The notes: generated from the sequence alone by a model not told the origin. A stretch of 64,000 bases of DNA from Eledone cirrhosa (GCA_964016885.1 OZ024743.1:369644001-369708000); one strand, 5' to 3'; positions 13,018 through 28,231 are shown, numbered from the stretch's first letter. Program-made: numbers and translations.

Positions 13018-15420
13018 TTATTATTAGTATTAAACATCAAAAAGTATTCAGTTCACTCTGTTAGATGATGGTGCTATGATAAAAAGCATCCAGCCATAGA
13101 AACCAAGTCAGAAACATTTCTGTATGAGCAAGACACAGTCACCTGACCTCACAATGTGACAACTCGTTTAACACCCATACAAGCATGGAAAATACACACA
13201 AAACGGTCATGATGGTCTGGTACTGTACTTCTTTCATCAATTTTTATTTGTTGACCTGCTAATTTACAAGATATAAAGAAACCCTGGTAAAGTGGTGTAG
13301 CTATAAGTGCAAACATGGATAAACTCACATATACACAATAGGTTTCCACAGTTTTTTTTCCACCAAATTACGCTGAAAAAGCATTAGTCAACCAAAGGCT
13401 ATAGAAGACACTAGCATAACATGCCACACTGTGGTTGTGAAGCAAACTTCTTAAACATACATCTATGCTTACACACACACACACACACACACTCTCTCTC
13501 TCTCTCAATATCCAGATAGACATACTAGGTTCAGAGTGCCCTCCGCGTGACTAAAACTGCGCAAAATGAAATATAAACTTGTGATTTGATTCATTGGCTA
13601 ATTCTTAACTACACCTTACTTTCCATGTCATTTTGACAGATTATTGATGAGTTTTATTACAATGGTGCGCTTTTAAATGTATCATATGTACCAATAGAAT
13701 TCTACCATGTTTCTATCAGCAGTATATGTTAACGTATATATATATCTATGTATCTAAATGACTCTATTTGGGTTGAAAACGCCCACTTTACCCAAGGGAA
13801 ATAATCGCGTACGATATTGACTGATGGAAGGGGAATAACTGCAGTTTCCTAAAACGAGTTCTTCATTTAATATATATAATTGGAGTTTTTTTTCTATTTG
13901 TCAATTATCTTTATTATTTTTTTACCACAATTACTTTTCTGCTTTCTCTGCATAGTTAGACATTTTTTTTATTATTGTCTCAATGTTACCAAGAATTTTT
14001 AATAATATATATATATATTTAGAAGATCTGTGCCCATGTCTTCCCACTGAAGCAAACAGAATTTTCGGACTTCTTTCCAGATGTTTTTTTTTTAGATACT
14101 TATTTGTTTTTTTGTTATATTTTTTTTTCTAAAACAGACCTGATATTTCATACAATAAACACAGAAATATCTGTGAAAGTAGGATATTAGTTAAAATCTT
14201 ATAACAGACATGGTACCATGCCAGTTCCAGCTCATGGCACATTACTCTATTTCTATCATTTAATGAAGGTATCACTTTCTGCATTTGGTAGTGGATAGAT
14301 ATGTTCCTATAAATAGATTTGAACAACAAGTAAGTTGGCAGAAATAGTAGAATGTCCAGCTGAATTTTACTTAAAATGAAGTCCTGCCAGGGTGGAATTT
14401 TTCTTTTTTTTTTCCTTTTTAATTTTTATAGAGGTCTTATTATTTAGCAGTAATACATTGAGTTAATTTAATTATTGTCCTTCCCTGCACAGTTTTGCTC
14501 TTTACATCATCAAAAGAAACCACTCCTCTGTTTATGTAATTATCAAAAATGGTTTCCATTTGTTATTAGCATTACATACTAAAAGTAAAAATATAAACAA
14601 TAGTAACGTCAAACACCAACGTTATTCTTAATTAAATTCACCTATTAATATAATTGTATTTAGTTGCATCATTGTTTAGTTTGTGAAAGCAGCTATGTAA
14701 TATACCTTATATCAATTCAGGATAACTATTGGATCCTGTTAATTGTTAATGATTTTGGAATGAAAAAGGGTTGATATTCCAAGAAATAGTTTTATCATTG
14801 TATTTTTATTTTATTTATTTTATTTAGTGATGGAACATGTGATATTTAGCTATATTTACCAAAGAAATAAAATATTTTTTCCATATTACAAATAAAAAGG
14901 TAATGGATGGTTGAGTTGGTAGTGTGTTGGACAAAATACCTTGCAGTATTTATTGTATGTTTTTATTTCAAATCATGCTATGCTAACTTTACTAGTCATT
15001 TTTCTGGGTTTGATAAAGAAATACCAGTGAAATAATTTTGCCCCACCTTCATCATCATCATCATCATTGTCTGGTGTAATGTCTTCTTTACTTGCCATAA
15101 ACATTGGACGTTTTGGTAGCCTCTTTCAAAGCATCTCTCCAGAGTGTTCATTCCAGGGATAAGTTTTGGACCATATCATCCATGATTACTTCTTCCCAGG
15201 TCATATGTAGCTATCCCCTTCTCCCATCTACCAGGAATAACAATCTTGGTACATAATGTGGCCTTGTGCCAATGCTAGTAATTTGCATTCTAATAGATGA
15301 ACTCTCATGATACTATGTGATATACACAAAATATTATAGATACACCATAAAAAGAATAGAAAATAAGAGTGACATTTCTCATGTTTGTAGCTTGAAGTAA
15401 ATATGATTTTTAATAGCCTA

Positions 15421-15470
<50 letters not shown>

Positions 15471-17759
15471 GAGTTTGTGTTTTTGTCTGATAATTAGAAT
15501 AACTATGGAATCTTTCAAGAAATCCTCTTATTAACCAGGTGTATTGTTAATAGAATATTTTGGAAACACTTCACACTCCTGGTTAATATTTAACGAATGG
15601 TGATAACACATATTTAGCATTAACTATTGTTTATTATTGATATTTTCATGAATGATATGCTGCTGAATTGATTTTTGTCACCTTTATCAGTCTGTCTTCT
15701 AAATAGTTAAGTAGCATGTATATTTTGGCTAATTTTTTTCTTTCAGATACCACACTACTTCATTGTCTTCCCAATCATCACTTTAAATAGCATAACTTTC
15801 AAGTATTTTTGTATCTGGAGATGTTGCTGGTGGTGGTGATATTAATTATCATAAATTTAGTTATTCATACAAACATCTTAGCTTCTAGAAATATTTTGGT
15901 AGGTGCATTGATAGAAGTGTACATAGAATGCCACTCTACAAGATTATATTTAAAAAATCTAAATAGTAAGAATAACAATAACAATAATTGTTTCTAACCT
16001 GGGTAAAAGGCCAGAATTTGGGAGAGGGATTGAAGGTTAGTTACTTCAAGTTGATACCAGTACTCGACTATCATTATATATAGGATAAAAGGCAATCAAG
16101 TGAAGTTTGAACTCACAATATATATTTAATATATGTATGTGTGTGTATATATTGGGAGATGGAATGCTGCATTAAATCCAGATTACAATTTGAGGACATT
16201 CAACACCAAATTATTTATATTTGTTTTATCAAATTATTCAACCATTTAAAATACAATGTAATTCCTATTTTTTGTTTTTTGGTCTAATTATAAAATAAGT
16301 TTGTTGATCAATTGTAGACTTGTTGAATGTCAAGATTGAATTCATATAGAACAAAATCAACATGTTCTCTATTTTTATGCATTCCATGTACTATCTTTGA
16401 TAGTTACTATTCTACATGTTACTATTTTAAAGATTTTTTCCTCTTTGTTTGCTTTTGTTATTTTATGAAAAAAAGAAAAACAATGTCATATTTGTTTTAG
16501 TTTTCTTTTTCCTCCCACCTTTTGATCAGCAACGCGTGTTTGAGAAAAAAAATAAGAAATATAGATTCTTAACCTTGTTCTGTATTATTTATAAGTTAGT
16601 ATTTATACCTAAATTCTGCTTGATAGCACTGGCCTAGGTCAGTTACTATCAGAATGTTATTCACCACAGGTACAGGAAATTCTTGTAGTACTAACAGCCA
16701 GTAGTAACATTAACATTGCTTAACATTTATACTACTTCCTAACCAATGACAAATCCACAACCTGATTTCCAACCAATCACAGCCTATAAAGTCAGTGGTT
16801 AAGAATAATCTACCTATCTCTTCCAATATTCTAAAGTTTGGCAGTCAGTGAGACAAATGGCTGACTACCTCAAACTATATCCCCACCCCCAAATATTCTG
16901 TTTTCAGATCATCAGTGTTTCCCTCTTTACAGTTAGTTAAACTCACTGTTCCATTATGCAGGTTTGTGTGTGTGTGTTCCCTGAGCAATAAAGTGATTAC
17001 ACACATATATGTACATATGTGTACGTTTACATATATAGTCTTACATATGTATGTATGTGTGTTTGTTTATGCACACATACTATACATATGTATTTATTTA
17101 CATACACACACAACACTAACACTATTTTGAGGTTTAAGTATTTTTTTTTTTGTAAATTAAGGTTTTTATTATCATTACCATTATTGTTGTTGTTATTATT
17201 GTTATTGTTATTATTTTCATTTGAAAAAAAATCGTTGTTGCTTCTTTGCTATATTGTAAACAAACTGTGGAAATATTGATGTTTATATATTGTTCATTTC
17301 ATTTTGTGTATATTTAGAAGAGGTGGTTACTCTTTAAGTCTTTAGAATTGTTTAAAGAGGTAAAGTATATTTTCAAAAGTTAATTTCTAATATACATAAA
17401 AATAAAATAGCAACATTTGTTTTCTAAATAATTATTTAGACATTTAATACTTGTTAATCTCAAAGTAATTTATATATATCTCTTTATCGGTTTTAGTCAT
17501 TGGACTGTGACCATGCTGGGGCACCACCTTTTAGGGTTATAGTTGATTATATCAACACCTTATTACTTATGTTGTGTGCTTGGGTGGGATTGGAAAAAAA
17601 ATTGACCAGATACAACAATGTATTTTTTCTGACACTGTAGTGATTCTCCCATTTATCCTAACACCTGCACACAGAAACACACACACACACACACACTGCA
17701 ACAGTACTGGACCTTTCTTTTATGAGAGAGGATTTGTCACTTTTATACCAATGCGTGCA

Positions 17760-18220
17760 AGGAGTGGATGGATCTACTTGTTGCAATTCTTTGTGAGTCT
17801 CTTGAGCCTTTACCACTTCTAACCATGTCCTATTTGGTCTTCCTCTTCTGCAATTTCCTTCAACTTGGATTGCTTACCACTTTTTAATCTAATTGTCATC
17901 ATCTATATGCATCACATGTTTGTGTCAGCATAATCTTCTCTCTTGCTCACCACATCCAGTTCCTCTTATACCCAGTTTTCCTATCAATTGAATTCTATTC
18001 CATCACTAATGCACACTAACATTATACATCCAGCAGAGTATGCTCACTTCATTTCATTCCAGTCTTTGTATATCCCGACATTCAGTGCCCATGTTTTACT
18101 ACAGTGCCGAATCAGACTTAATATACAAGCATCATACAATCTTATCTTAAACCATTGATTCAGAGAGTGGTCATTTGATTATTAGCAGAGGTAAAAGTTC
18201 CCTGAATTTACTCTGGCTAT
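17760..18220 (-). mobile_element. Old RTE 3' fragment
   Basis: Similar to the 3' parts of the 5760 and 29837 elements. Confidence 0.6.
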
Positions 18221-18224
18221 TATG

Positions 18225-18600
18225 TCATCAGTATACCTACTTAACAACATGCCTATAGTGTTGGAGTTGTGATCTCTCAATTCAGAGAAGTAGCAGCACT
18301 ACCTGGAGTGACTCTCTGATCTCCGAGTTATGCACTTTATCGAGTAACATTGCTCCAAAGACATGGCATGTGGTTAGAATGTCTCAGGAAAGAACCATTG
18401 GACAGATTTTACAGGCAAAACCAACTGGCAGTAGACCCAGAGGTAGACCTGAAGGAGGATGATTGGATAAGATCCATGGTCACACTTGGGGATCCAACTG
18501 GATCAATTGGAGATGGTTGTTTCTGACAGGACCTGCTTGAAGGAGTGTTTGAGGACTCTGCCCCCACGTCCCTCTCAGGAATATGTGGGCGGAGAAGTAT
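18225..18600 (-). mobile_element. RTE family C (Rex3/Expander-like) 3' fragment
   Basis: Reverse-complement similarity to 21640-22165 and 41900-42418. Confidence 0.7.
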
Positions 18601-20822
18601 ATATACCTTCACAGCTAATTAGATCATTTAGATAATAGAAGCTATCAACTACATCTAAGGAATGATAATGCTTTTTGTTAATACTTTTTCACCACATGTC
18701 CTTGGTTAACCAATTTAAGCCAAAATGAATTAAGAAACCCAGCATTGTTATTAGGGTACCAAACAAAATTATTTTCAATATTTAGTTACATCTTTTTTTT
18801 CTTTTTGTATTTAAGTGCCATCAAGATCAAATCTACTTTTCATCCTCCGATTTGTTTTTATTCGAGCATATATTGTATTTCATTATTAAGATGATATTTC
18901 TAAGGTAACTTAACAAAAGGTTCATATATCAAATAATGTTGACAAAATTTAATATATATAGGAATCTTTTTAAATTGGTGGTCTTGTTTCATAGAACCAA
19001 AACCGGCTTTGAGCAGCTTGATATCACAAGGGTTAAATGAATTTCCAATTTGTTTTGAGTCCATTGCATTCCAGTCAATTATCTGATCCTTGACATGAGA
19101 GAAAGAATTTAAAGAGAAACCAGTTAAATGGCACTATTTGAGCAGTAGTGCATCATATTTACATCAATACCAAAGTGAGGATGAAACTAGAGATTTAGAA
19201 AATGACAATACAAATTTTTTAAACATTCAACAAAACCTATTGAAGAGTGACAAACTAATCTTTATAAAGAAAAAAAAAGTGGAAAAAACCCCTCTCCCAA
19301 ACATTTCCAAATCAGTCATTATATGGTGTATGAATGAAAGTAAAGATATTAAATCCAGTAGTTTCAGAACAGCTTAAATAGATTTGGGTACCCTTTCCAG
19401 TGATATTACAGGGGGAAAAAGCCATCAATTAGACTTGCAAAGTTGACATTATTGCATCATGAAATAAAATCTTTTAGATTAAATGAAAATGCACTACAAA
19501 CCACTTATTCAAAAGCCTATTTTAAGAATAAATCAAAACTATGCATGTCAATAAAGTTGAGTATTGTCTTACAACTCTCTCTCTCTCTCTCTCTCATACA
19601 CACATAACATATACAAATCTTCATAAGGTCAACGACTCTTACTAACAGAACTTTTGACGTTTCTGGCACATCTTTTGACATATCAGAGCTAATATATTTT
19701 ATACTTCAAAACCAATGAAACAAATGAAACAAACTGTAATCGACATCTAAGATTTGTAATCGTGATTCTTGAGGAAAATATGAGTAGTTTGCTGAATTGA
19801 CAACTAAAATAACAATATGGAAAGAAATGGTTAGCAGATGTCAGTAAATATGATTTGAAAATTCAACTTAACATGAAGGATGGTGAAGATGATGGTGGTG
19901 AAGAAAAATGTGTGCACACAACGCATACCTAGTATACCAGTAGTATATACACACAGCTTTGACAAATAAAATATAACTTGCCATATCAATTATAACTATT
20001 ATCAACAAATCTAAATTATGATAAATAAAGGGAGGGGTGTGCGACTGCGTACGGTTTATAATTTTTTATCCCATTAGTAAAATAAGTTGGATTACTTTGA
20101 ATAAATAATGAATGAATATTACATAATTTATCTACTAAATTTATGTAGCTGTTGATTAAATATGTTTTGTTTATTTAAAAATTCACTTCTTTAAAATTTC
20201 TGAAATGTCAACACTTCCGGTTGGCGAATGCCTAAATAAACATACTAATTTTCTGTCACTAATTTTTTCCTAATGCAGTTTATATATAATATCGTCTTTT
20301 TTTAATGTATAATGGATTACTTTACTGATTACATAAAACAGTGTAACACAGTCTTTGTTCAATTTCTGTGTATATTGTCAATTACGATTTTATTTGATGT
20401 ATCATATCTACATGTATATATACTTGTGTATAATATCAATATACACACTACACATGCTAACAGAAAATCACCCTTCGGGTGGTTTTTCTGCTAGTACACC
20501 TAATACTGGTATAATTACAGTATCACATACATGCATATTAGGGATTGTTTTAACCCTTTTGATATCAACCCACTTGAAATTGCCCCTTGTTCTGTATTAA
20601 AACTGTATATTTTAAAGTGTTTATATCTAAATTAAAACATTCCATCATAATTTTGTATGAGGACATTATTATGTTATAAATGTCAACTTAATGAAAAAAA
20701 TATTTTACCAAAACCCTTCTTGATTATTTTCAACATTAACTGAAACATTGTATTTCAAGAAAAATGTGATCAGGAAACAGATAATATATAAACCTAGATA
20801 TTTTCACTCCTTACAATGCTAA

Positions 20823-21007
20823 TAATTGTTTCTACTTTTGGCACAAGGCCAGCAATTACCCAGTGCATTACTGGTACTTTATTTTATTGACCCCGTAAGG
20901 ATGAAAGGCAAAGTTAACCTCAGCGGGATTTGAACTCAGAATGGCAAGGGCCGTAACTCTGCGTCAAAACATGGCGTCCGACCCTCTACCGATACTGCCA
21001 ATCCACC
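20823..21007 (-). mobile_element. tRNA-derived SINE, family 1 (full length)
   Basis: A-box-like TGGCAGTATCGG and B-box GAGTTCAAATCC on the minus strand; near-identical to copies at 46360, 47077 and 56081. Confidence 0.85.
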
Positions 21008-21599
21008 ACTATTTTCTTATATAGGCACTTGCTGTAGTATAATGGGAGATGGGGGCAAGTTGTGGTATTGATGCCTTTCTCAAAGGAGTATAAACGATGC
21101 CTAATAGCTTGAACCACGAATTGAAACCTGTTTTCTTCTAACATTTGCATTAATATTCTTATTAAAGTTTATTACTAATATCCCAACAAATTATAAATGC
21201 CCAGTAGCATCTAATTGTGCTCCATAATAATGACATTATAATCAAATTATTGACAGGAGAAGAGAGAGGGGGCGAGGAATAAGAGAGAGAAACCTGGATA
21301 ACATTTTCACTGATTCTGTCTGAGCATATTCCTACCAAATTCCTTTTGGCAAGAATCCATATCTACCATGTCTCAGAGGAAGTGAACAGAGTAATCGTAA
21401 CATTTATGTAATGGCTGGCACTGTAATTTGTCTTAAACTTTACTGACTTTAAATAGACAACGCTCAGTTCCAACAAATCTAATTCCCACAATATGTCAGT
21501 CCACATTTCTTAATAATCTGGAGACTTAATTCTCAGCAATTAAATACTCGTTAAACAATCTGCTATGATAATGATGATGCTTATGTGTGTGTGTGAAAG

Positions 21600-22165
21600 A
21601 GTTGCAAAAGCTGATGCATTAATATGCCAGCTTCAGCATTCAGTAATCAGAACAAGGGAGGTAGGCGTAAAAGCCAAAGTTGCTATCTTTAATTCAGCTT
21701 TTGTGCCAACCCTTACCTATGTTCATGAATCTTGAGTTATAACTGAAAGAATATGATCATGAATACAAGCAGCTGATATGATCATGAATACAAGCAGCTG
21801 AAATGGATTCCTCCGACGGGTCTTTGGAGTAACATTACTCGATAAAGTGTGCGACTCGGAGATCAGAGTGTCTCTCCAGGTAGAGCCGCCACTACTCTGA
21901 ATTGAGAGATCACAGCTCTGATATTATGGTTAGAATGTCTTGGGGAAAAGAATTGCTGGACAGATTTTAAAGGCAAAACTAACTGACAATTGACCTATGG
22001 GTAGACTCCGAGCAAGATGCTTGGATAACATCCATGAGCTTGGCTGGTCTCACTTGGGGATCCAGCTGGATCAGTTGGAGACAATTGTTTCTGACAAGAC
22101 CTGCTGGAAGGAGTGTTTGAGGACCTTGTCCCTACGGCTCTCTCAGGAATAAGTGGGTGAAGAAG
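21600..22165 (+). mobile_element. RTE family C (Rex3/Expander-like) 3' fragment
   Basis: Translates to KAKVAIFNSAFVPTLTY.HES and IQAAEMGFLRRV; internal 25-bp tandem duplication at ~21751-21800. Confidence 0.75.
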
Positions 22166-22184
22166 TGTGTGTGTGTGTGTATGG

Positions 22185-22490
22185 TAGTGAGGTTATGGAA
22201 TATGCTTTGCAACTACTTGCTTTCAAGTTCGGTTTCTCTACATGACACTATCAGCAAGTGTCTTCTCCTGCAGTCATGAGATAACCAGTGCTTTGTGAGT
22301 GAAATTTTGTGGAAGGAAACTGTGCAGAAGCCCATTGTCTATTTGTATGTTTACTGTTTGTTTATAACGCTTGAATTTGCTGTTTGACAAATAAAGATCA
22401 ATAAAATAAGTATTGGGGTTGATATCAACTAAATTCCTTCAAAGTGATGTTCCAGCATAGCCACAGTCCAATGATTGAAACCAGGAATGT
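22185..22490 (+). mobile_element. Decayed SINE, family 3
   Basis: Body CAAGTGTCTTCT..TTGTGAGTG..GGAAACTGTGCAGAAGCCC also near 33560-33700; tail CCAGCATRGCCACAGTCCAATGAYTGAAAC also at 12557-12600 and 17480-17530. Confidence 0.6.
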
Positions 22491-22685
22491 GTATATATAT
22501 ATGTGTGTGTGTGTAAAGTATTAGGTTATAATAGTAATCATAATTATAAGTTTTGTTTCCAAATCTAGGAGGATGCTGCAATTTTCAGTTTTCTATTATG
22601 TTATTCCAAAGAAATCATGTCCATAAATTTGTTGATAAAATTTATAGCAGCTTAAATTGATTACGGTACCTGGTTGGAATAGTTA

Positions 22686-24410
22686 TCATCATCATCATCA
22701 TACGTCCATTTTCCACGCTAGCAAAGGTTAGACGGGTTGCCCCATTGGAGGCAAGTCTGGTCAGGTGACCATGCCTTGCTCATATAGAACTTTCTGGCTA
22801 GATGTCCTTCCTAATGCCAACCACATTTACAGTGTGTGTTGGGTGCTATTTATCATGACTCCTACATGACCACTTTACAGTGTGGGCTACATGCTTTTTT
22901 TTTTGTGATAACAACTTAACTTTACAGTATAAGGGTGTTGTGGTCAGAAGTGGGTGTGTGGGTGTTGGGGCATGGGAGGTGTATGGAAGGGGGTATATGG
23001 TTAAGAGGTGCCTACTAGATGTATGTTTGAGTCCGTGCTCATAGGAAGCCAAGTCTTCTGTGTCATTGTCTTTGAGAGGCGCAATTATGCAAGGTCAGCT
23101 TTTATCACCTTCCTTGGTCTTCTTGGGTCTTCCCACTCCTTAGCTTCCATCAACTCTGATCACCCTGCACCCCTCTATACAGCTGTCATCCTTCACACAC
23201 ATCTCATGACCACACCAACACAGTATCCTCTCTAGCACACTGCACCTAATCCCTCTTATGCCTAATTTCTCAATTCATTTATGCTTTGCTGTTCATGTAT
23301 ATTACATCCATAGAAGCATGAATGCTTCATTTCTTTCCAATCTTCACAGGTTCTCTGCACACAATGCCCAGGTCTCACTACCATGTAACATTGCCTGTTC
23401 GTATACAAGCATCGTACAATCTGTCCATCATTTTAAAGAAAAAACCTTTTGCAGCTAACAATGGTAGTAGCTCTTCGAAGTTTCTCCATTCCATTTTTAC
23501 TCTGCCTACTGCACCCTTGGACACCCCCTTCCACTGCCGATTTCGTCTCTCAGGTAACGGAAACTGTCAACTATTTCTATAGAACTGTCTGGTCATTTGA
23601 AGGAGCTAGTATGCTGTGGGCACTCTCTACTTACTGCGCTTGTGCATCAGCCACGTATAATACCTACGTTCTTTGATAGCCTGTGATCACACTACATCTT
23701 TTATGTACCCTTAGCTTGTATTTGGGACATAAAATGAAATTTCTACCTACTCCCTTCCTGCTTACTGAGCAAGGCTACTTCCCAGAGGGATCTGGACCTT
23801 ATCTTCCTTTCTACATACTAGGACATTAGTCTTTGACAAGTTAACCTTTGACAAGTTAAGATCTTTTGATTCTAGGTTATGCTTCCAGGTTTGGAATTTC
23901 TTCTCTAATTCTGCCATAGATTCAGCTATGAGGGTTAGATAATCTGCATACAAAAGTTCCCATAGGCAGCCAGTCTTAAATTCTTTTGTTATAGCATGTA
24001 GTGTAATAATAAACAGGAGAGGATTAAGGACAGAGCCCTGGTGGACACCTACCTCCTGCACACTAAATTCTTCACTATAGTCATTGTTAACTCTAACCTT
24101 TCTGACTGTTCTTCTATACATGGTTTCTACAGCTTTTACAAGCCACTTATCTACTCCTAGTTTTCTAAGAGCCCACCAGATAATAGAATGGGGGGACTCG
24201 GTCAAAGGCATTCTTCAAGTCAGGAAAAGCTAAGTAGAGAGGTTTTACTTTTAACTAGGTACTTCTTCTGTAGTTGTCTCATGAGGAAGAGAGCATCCAT
24301 AGTACCTGGCACAAATCCATACTGCATCTCATCAAGGTTAATTCAGTCCCTAATCCGCTGTGCGATAAAACCTTCATGACCTGGTCAACCAACTTAATGA
24401 CTCTATAGTT
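22686..24410 (-). mobile_element. 5'-truncated RTE, family B-like, with 3' UTR
   Basis: RT motifs GVHQGSVLNPLLF and WELLYADYL; 3' UTR similar to 50000-50390; (GAT)n tail. Confidence 0.85.
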
Positions 24411-26699
24411 TCTCTATCTATATATATATATATGTGTGTGTGTGGGGGGGGGGGGTAAATGCATATGCTGACTATGAAGGAGTGATGCTAGAACCTTGAA
24501 ATCTTGCCTGCATTAACTTAAAGTTTTCTTATAAGTGCATTCTTTCTTTCCAGGGATTATGTTGAAAAATAAACCTCATTTGATCATACCATGGTCAGCC
24601 TATCCTTGTATATAGCAATGTTATAGTAATATTTCTCTGAACATAGAATCATAGGGGCAGTTATCCTGTGATTAGAATACAAAAATGTCTGAAATGCATA
24701 AAGATATCCTCTTTATATTGTGTATGGAGGAATAGTTGAAAGTGTTTACACTTCATATATTTTTTTTTTCATAGTGAAGCTTTCTAATTAAAATTCAGAA
24801 GTTATATCTACCAATATAGTATAGTTATATCTACTAATATAATATAGTTTGAGCTAACAATTGAACTGGGGCTCCTCATCAAGTTCTCCCAGACATTGGT
24901 GGCAAATTTCAGCATAGACGCCACGCCACGATAAACAGGTTAGATTCAGCGAGGAAATGAGTTCTCTTTATTTGAGTTGGTGGTGGTGGTGGTGTATCAG
25001 GTTTATGGTTCAATGGTGGTCTGTTGTCAGGTTTATAGTTCAATGGTAGTCTGTTATTGGGTTGATGCCACACAGTCAACAAGTTGGATCTAGCCAATGA
25101 ATCACCTCCATCTTTTCGAGTTGGTTCAATGGTGGTTTCTTATCATATTTACGATCTCGTTTGTCTCCAGTTACTTCTATAGTAAAAAAAAATGTAGTTT
25201 ATCTATTTACCTTTCCTGTCAGAAGTTTGGTAATGCTTAAATTTAAGGAGTCTATAAACCAGTTACTTAAAAATCATGTATATACTTATCCCGCAGAGAG
25301 ATTGTTGGATATTTGTTCTGGGTCTCTTTGTATTTGGTGTTCAAATCTTGCTGAAGTCCACTTTGTCTTTCATCTTTTTGGTGGTCAATAAGGAAAGTAC
25401 CAGCTAAGTGCTGGTGTAGGACACTCTCCTTCCAGCTATCATATCCTGGATATTTTTCTGGTTCAATGGAGGAAGGGTTGAGAGAGTGTCTGGATCTGCT
25501 TGCAACTGAATGGCCATCTAAATATTTTTGTGGAAAGCATGGTACATACTACCAAGTTATATTCGATTGTGAGTGACGGTTGTAGTTTACACGACTGGTA
25601 TATCATTATTGAGTATTCATTTTCCATATTAGGAAGGGTTTGATGAGTCATCACAAACAAAGCTATTACTTAATTGGAGCCGCTGATCTATCAGATTGGC
25701 CAGGCCTCATCTTGCTTACATACATTCCCACTCTACAGAATATATGGACATTTTATCATGGTAGTGAGGTTGTGATGCCTTTACACAGCTGAAGCATCCT
25801 CTCAACTCTCTGTATGTCATGTTTTCTATGGCTGGATGCAATACCTACCAACAACCACTTTACTGAATGTACTGGATTGCATTTTATCATAGCAAACATC
25901 AGTACTAAACATAGCAGAGTGCACAGAGTGCATTTTATCATGGCACCAGTACTACAACATAACAGATTGCATTTTATCATGGCATTATTTTATTGACACT
26001 GGCAGTAAGAAGTATGAACTCAACCTTTGTGGGATTTAAAGAAGGAACAAGATACATAGGTGGACATATGGTATTTATGACAAAGGTGATAAGGATATTT
26101 GTGATTATGGTATTCAACACATCCATTCCAAATTATACTAAAATAGAATTTTTTTTTTTTTTTTTCTTAATTAAGAAGTTTGTGAATTCTGAAATATATT
26201 GCAGACAAAACATTTGAGTTATCAAAGAACATTTATAGCTAAACAAAGGGATTTATTAAGTAATTCATCCACAGAGCAAAAACTTTATTTCACTGAATAC
26301 TACTTCTACATCTACCACCTCATTACATAATAATCTATATTTCAATGTTGTCTTTTTCTTCTACAAATTGAAGAAATGCTAAGATAAGCACATCTCAGTT
26401 TTGACAGATTAAATTAAGTCCTGCTGCCACCACCACTCCAACGACCATTGCATGCTGACATGACTCGAGGCAAAAACAGTCTGTGGTGGTGAAATCTGAT
26501 GATAGGAGAGAGAGAAAGAGAGAGAGAGAGCAGACAACAAAGCTAACTTTATACACCATGTTAACAAAACGCACACACATATATATATACACACACACTC
26601 AGATATACACACACACTCACACACATATACATACACACACGTATACACACACATATACACACACATATATATATACATACATATACAAACTTTACATAT

Positions 26700-27600
26700 A
26701 TATATATCATAATCATTTTTACGGCTTCTTTTCCACATGTGCATGGGTTGGATGAGTCCTTGTCAGCACGGCACAGCTCCACATGTGATCCTTTGTTATT
26801 GTCTCTGTGAGTCTCATTGATTTGAGGTCAACTCTGACAATTTCTGCCCAGATCTTTCTTAGTCTACTTTTACCGCAACTTTTCCACTGGCATTTCCTGG
26901 TAATTCTTCACCCAACGATCATTATCCATGTGCATCACATGTCCAAACCAATACAGCCTTCTCTCCTGCACACTACCTTGAATTCACAACCCATGTTTCA
27001 TTACCATGCAGCATCACACTACACACACAGGTGTCATGCAGTCATCTTTTTGTAGGTAGAGGAATATCTTTTGTAGTCAACAGCGGGAGTAGTTCTCTGA
27101 ACGTCTTCCATCCTATCCTTATTCTAGCTATTATGCTCTCAGAACCCCCCCCCCCCCCTTCCTTTGCTAATTACATTGCCTAGATAGCAGAACCAGTCTC
27201 TGCAACCCCTGTTTTTCCAGTCTTTCCAAGCCTGTCTCTTGGCTTTGATGGCTCCATCTACTGAGCTGTTCCACCACCAGGTCACCCTCTGACTGGCTGG
27301 TGCTATACACCAGCCACAAGTCAACGTCAGTAATTTGCAAAAAGTTGTGACATAAGAATTTCCAGTAGTCTTCTACATCATAATTATCTAGCTTGTCACT
27401 TCTCTCATCAAAAGCATCCTGTAGGGCATTTCTAAACTTATATTTAATCAAGAGGTCCTTTAGCTTCCACACCCTCCATCTCCATATTTTCCTGCGTGTC
27501 TTGTTCTGTCTCATGTTTATTTTGATGTCACTAATAACTAACTTGTACTGAGCAGTGCATTCCTCCCCAGGGAAGCCCTTAGTATTTATTGCAGTCCTTT
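26700..27600 (-). mobile_element. Internally deleted RTE
   Basis: FPGEECTAQYKLVISD and VTWWWNSSVDGAIKAKRQAWKDW joined directly to CYLGNVIS. Confidence 0.75.
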
Positions 27601-27752
27601 TGTTTATATATAGATATGCACATACACTCACAAACATATATATTACTCTAACACGTGTTACAGCTGACAGGCTGAGGCTATGATGGGGCACTGCCATTGA
27701 AGGTGAATGCAGTGCCTTAGACCGCACGGCCATCCTGACTGCTACACACACA

Positions 27753-27808
<56 letters not shown>

Positions 27809-27883
27809 CATACATTCACATATACACTTGGAGTAAACAAAATAAAATGAAGAAGAGGAGATGCAGAAAAGAACAAATAATCA

Positions 27884-27920
27884 TTAAGGAGGTCACAGAA
27901 TGTGATGAAAAGTTTTGACG
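27884..27920 (+). ncRNA. Degenerate hammerhead ribozyme relic
   Basis: TTAAGGA-G-GTCACA-GAA-TGTGAT-GAAA: stem II resembles that of the 36402 motif, but the core is mutated. Confidence 0.3.
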
Positions 27921-28231
27921 AACTAACTAATAACTAATAATAATAATAAAGTTGAAGTAAAATTCAAATGTGTGTATGTGTGTTTTATTTGCGAAATTGG
28001 TGAAATAACTATTCACAAATATAATATATATATATGTCAGTAGACGAAAGACAAAAAACAGTAAACAAAAACCATGGGCGGAGGTGGTGAGAGTGAACCT
28101 CAGATCGCTGAAGCTTACGGAGGAGATGACGAAGGACTGTGACACATGGAGAGATGGTGTGCTGAATAGGACCCGTCCCACCCTTGCAAGCAGGGAAAAG
28201 CAGACGTAGAATGATGATGATGATATATATT

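Noticed and set aside
13524-13870. Possible additional Helitron (A|CTAG plus GC-rich segment)
   Set aside because: The hairpin and 5' terminus are not convincing enough to call
15735-15790. Strong-looking splice acceptors (TTTCAG at ~15746 and ~16907) as the next receptor exon
   Set aside because: The phase-1 continuation hits stops within 10-15 codons and shows no T/A-box similarity
20455-20496. Hairpin with C(UUCG)G loop and T-run, like a bacterial intrinsic terminator
   Set aside because: Eukaryotic intronic context with no bacterial genes; it ends in CTAG|T, so a Helitron 3'-end relic is more likely
24851-24882. Minus-strand TTGATGA-GGAGC..GTTC-AATTGTTAG as a hammerhead
   Set aside because: GAAA is missing and the first core base is changed; too decayed to call
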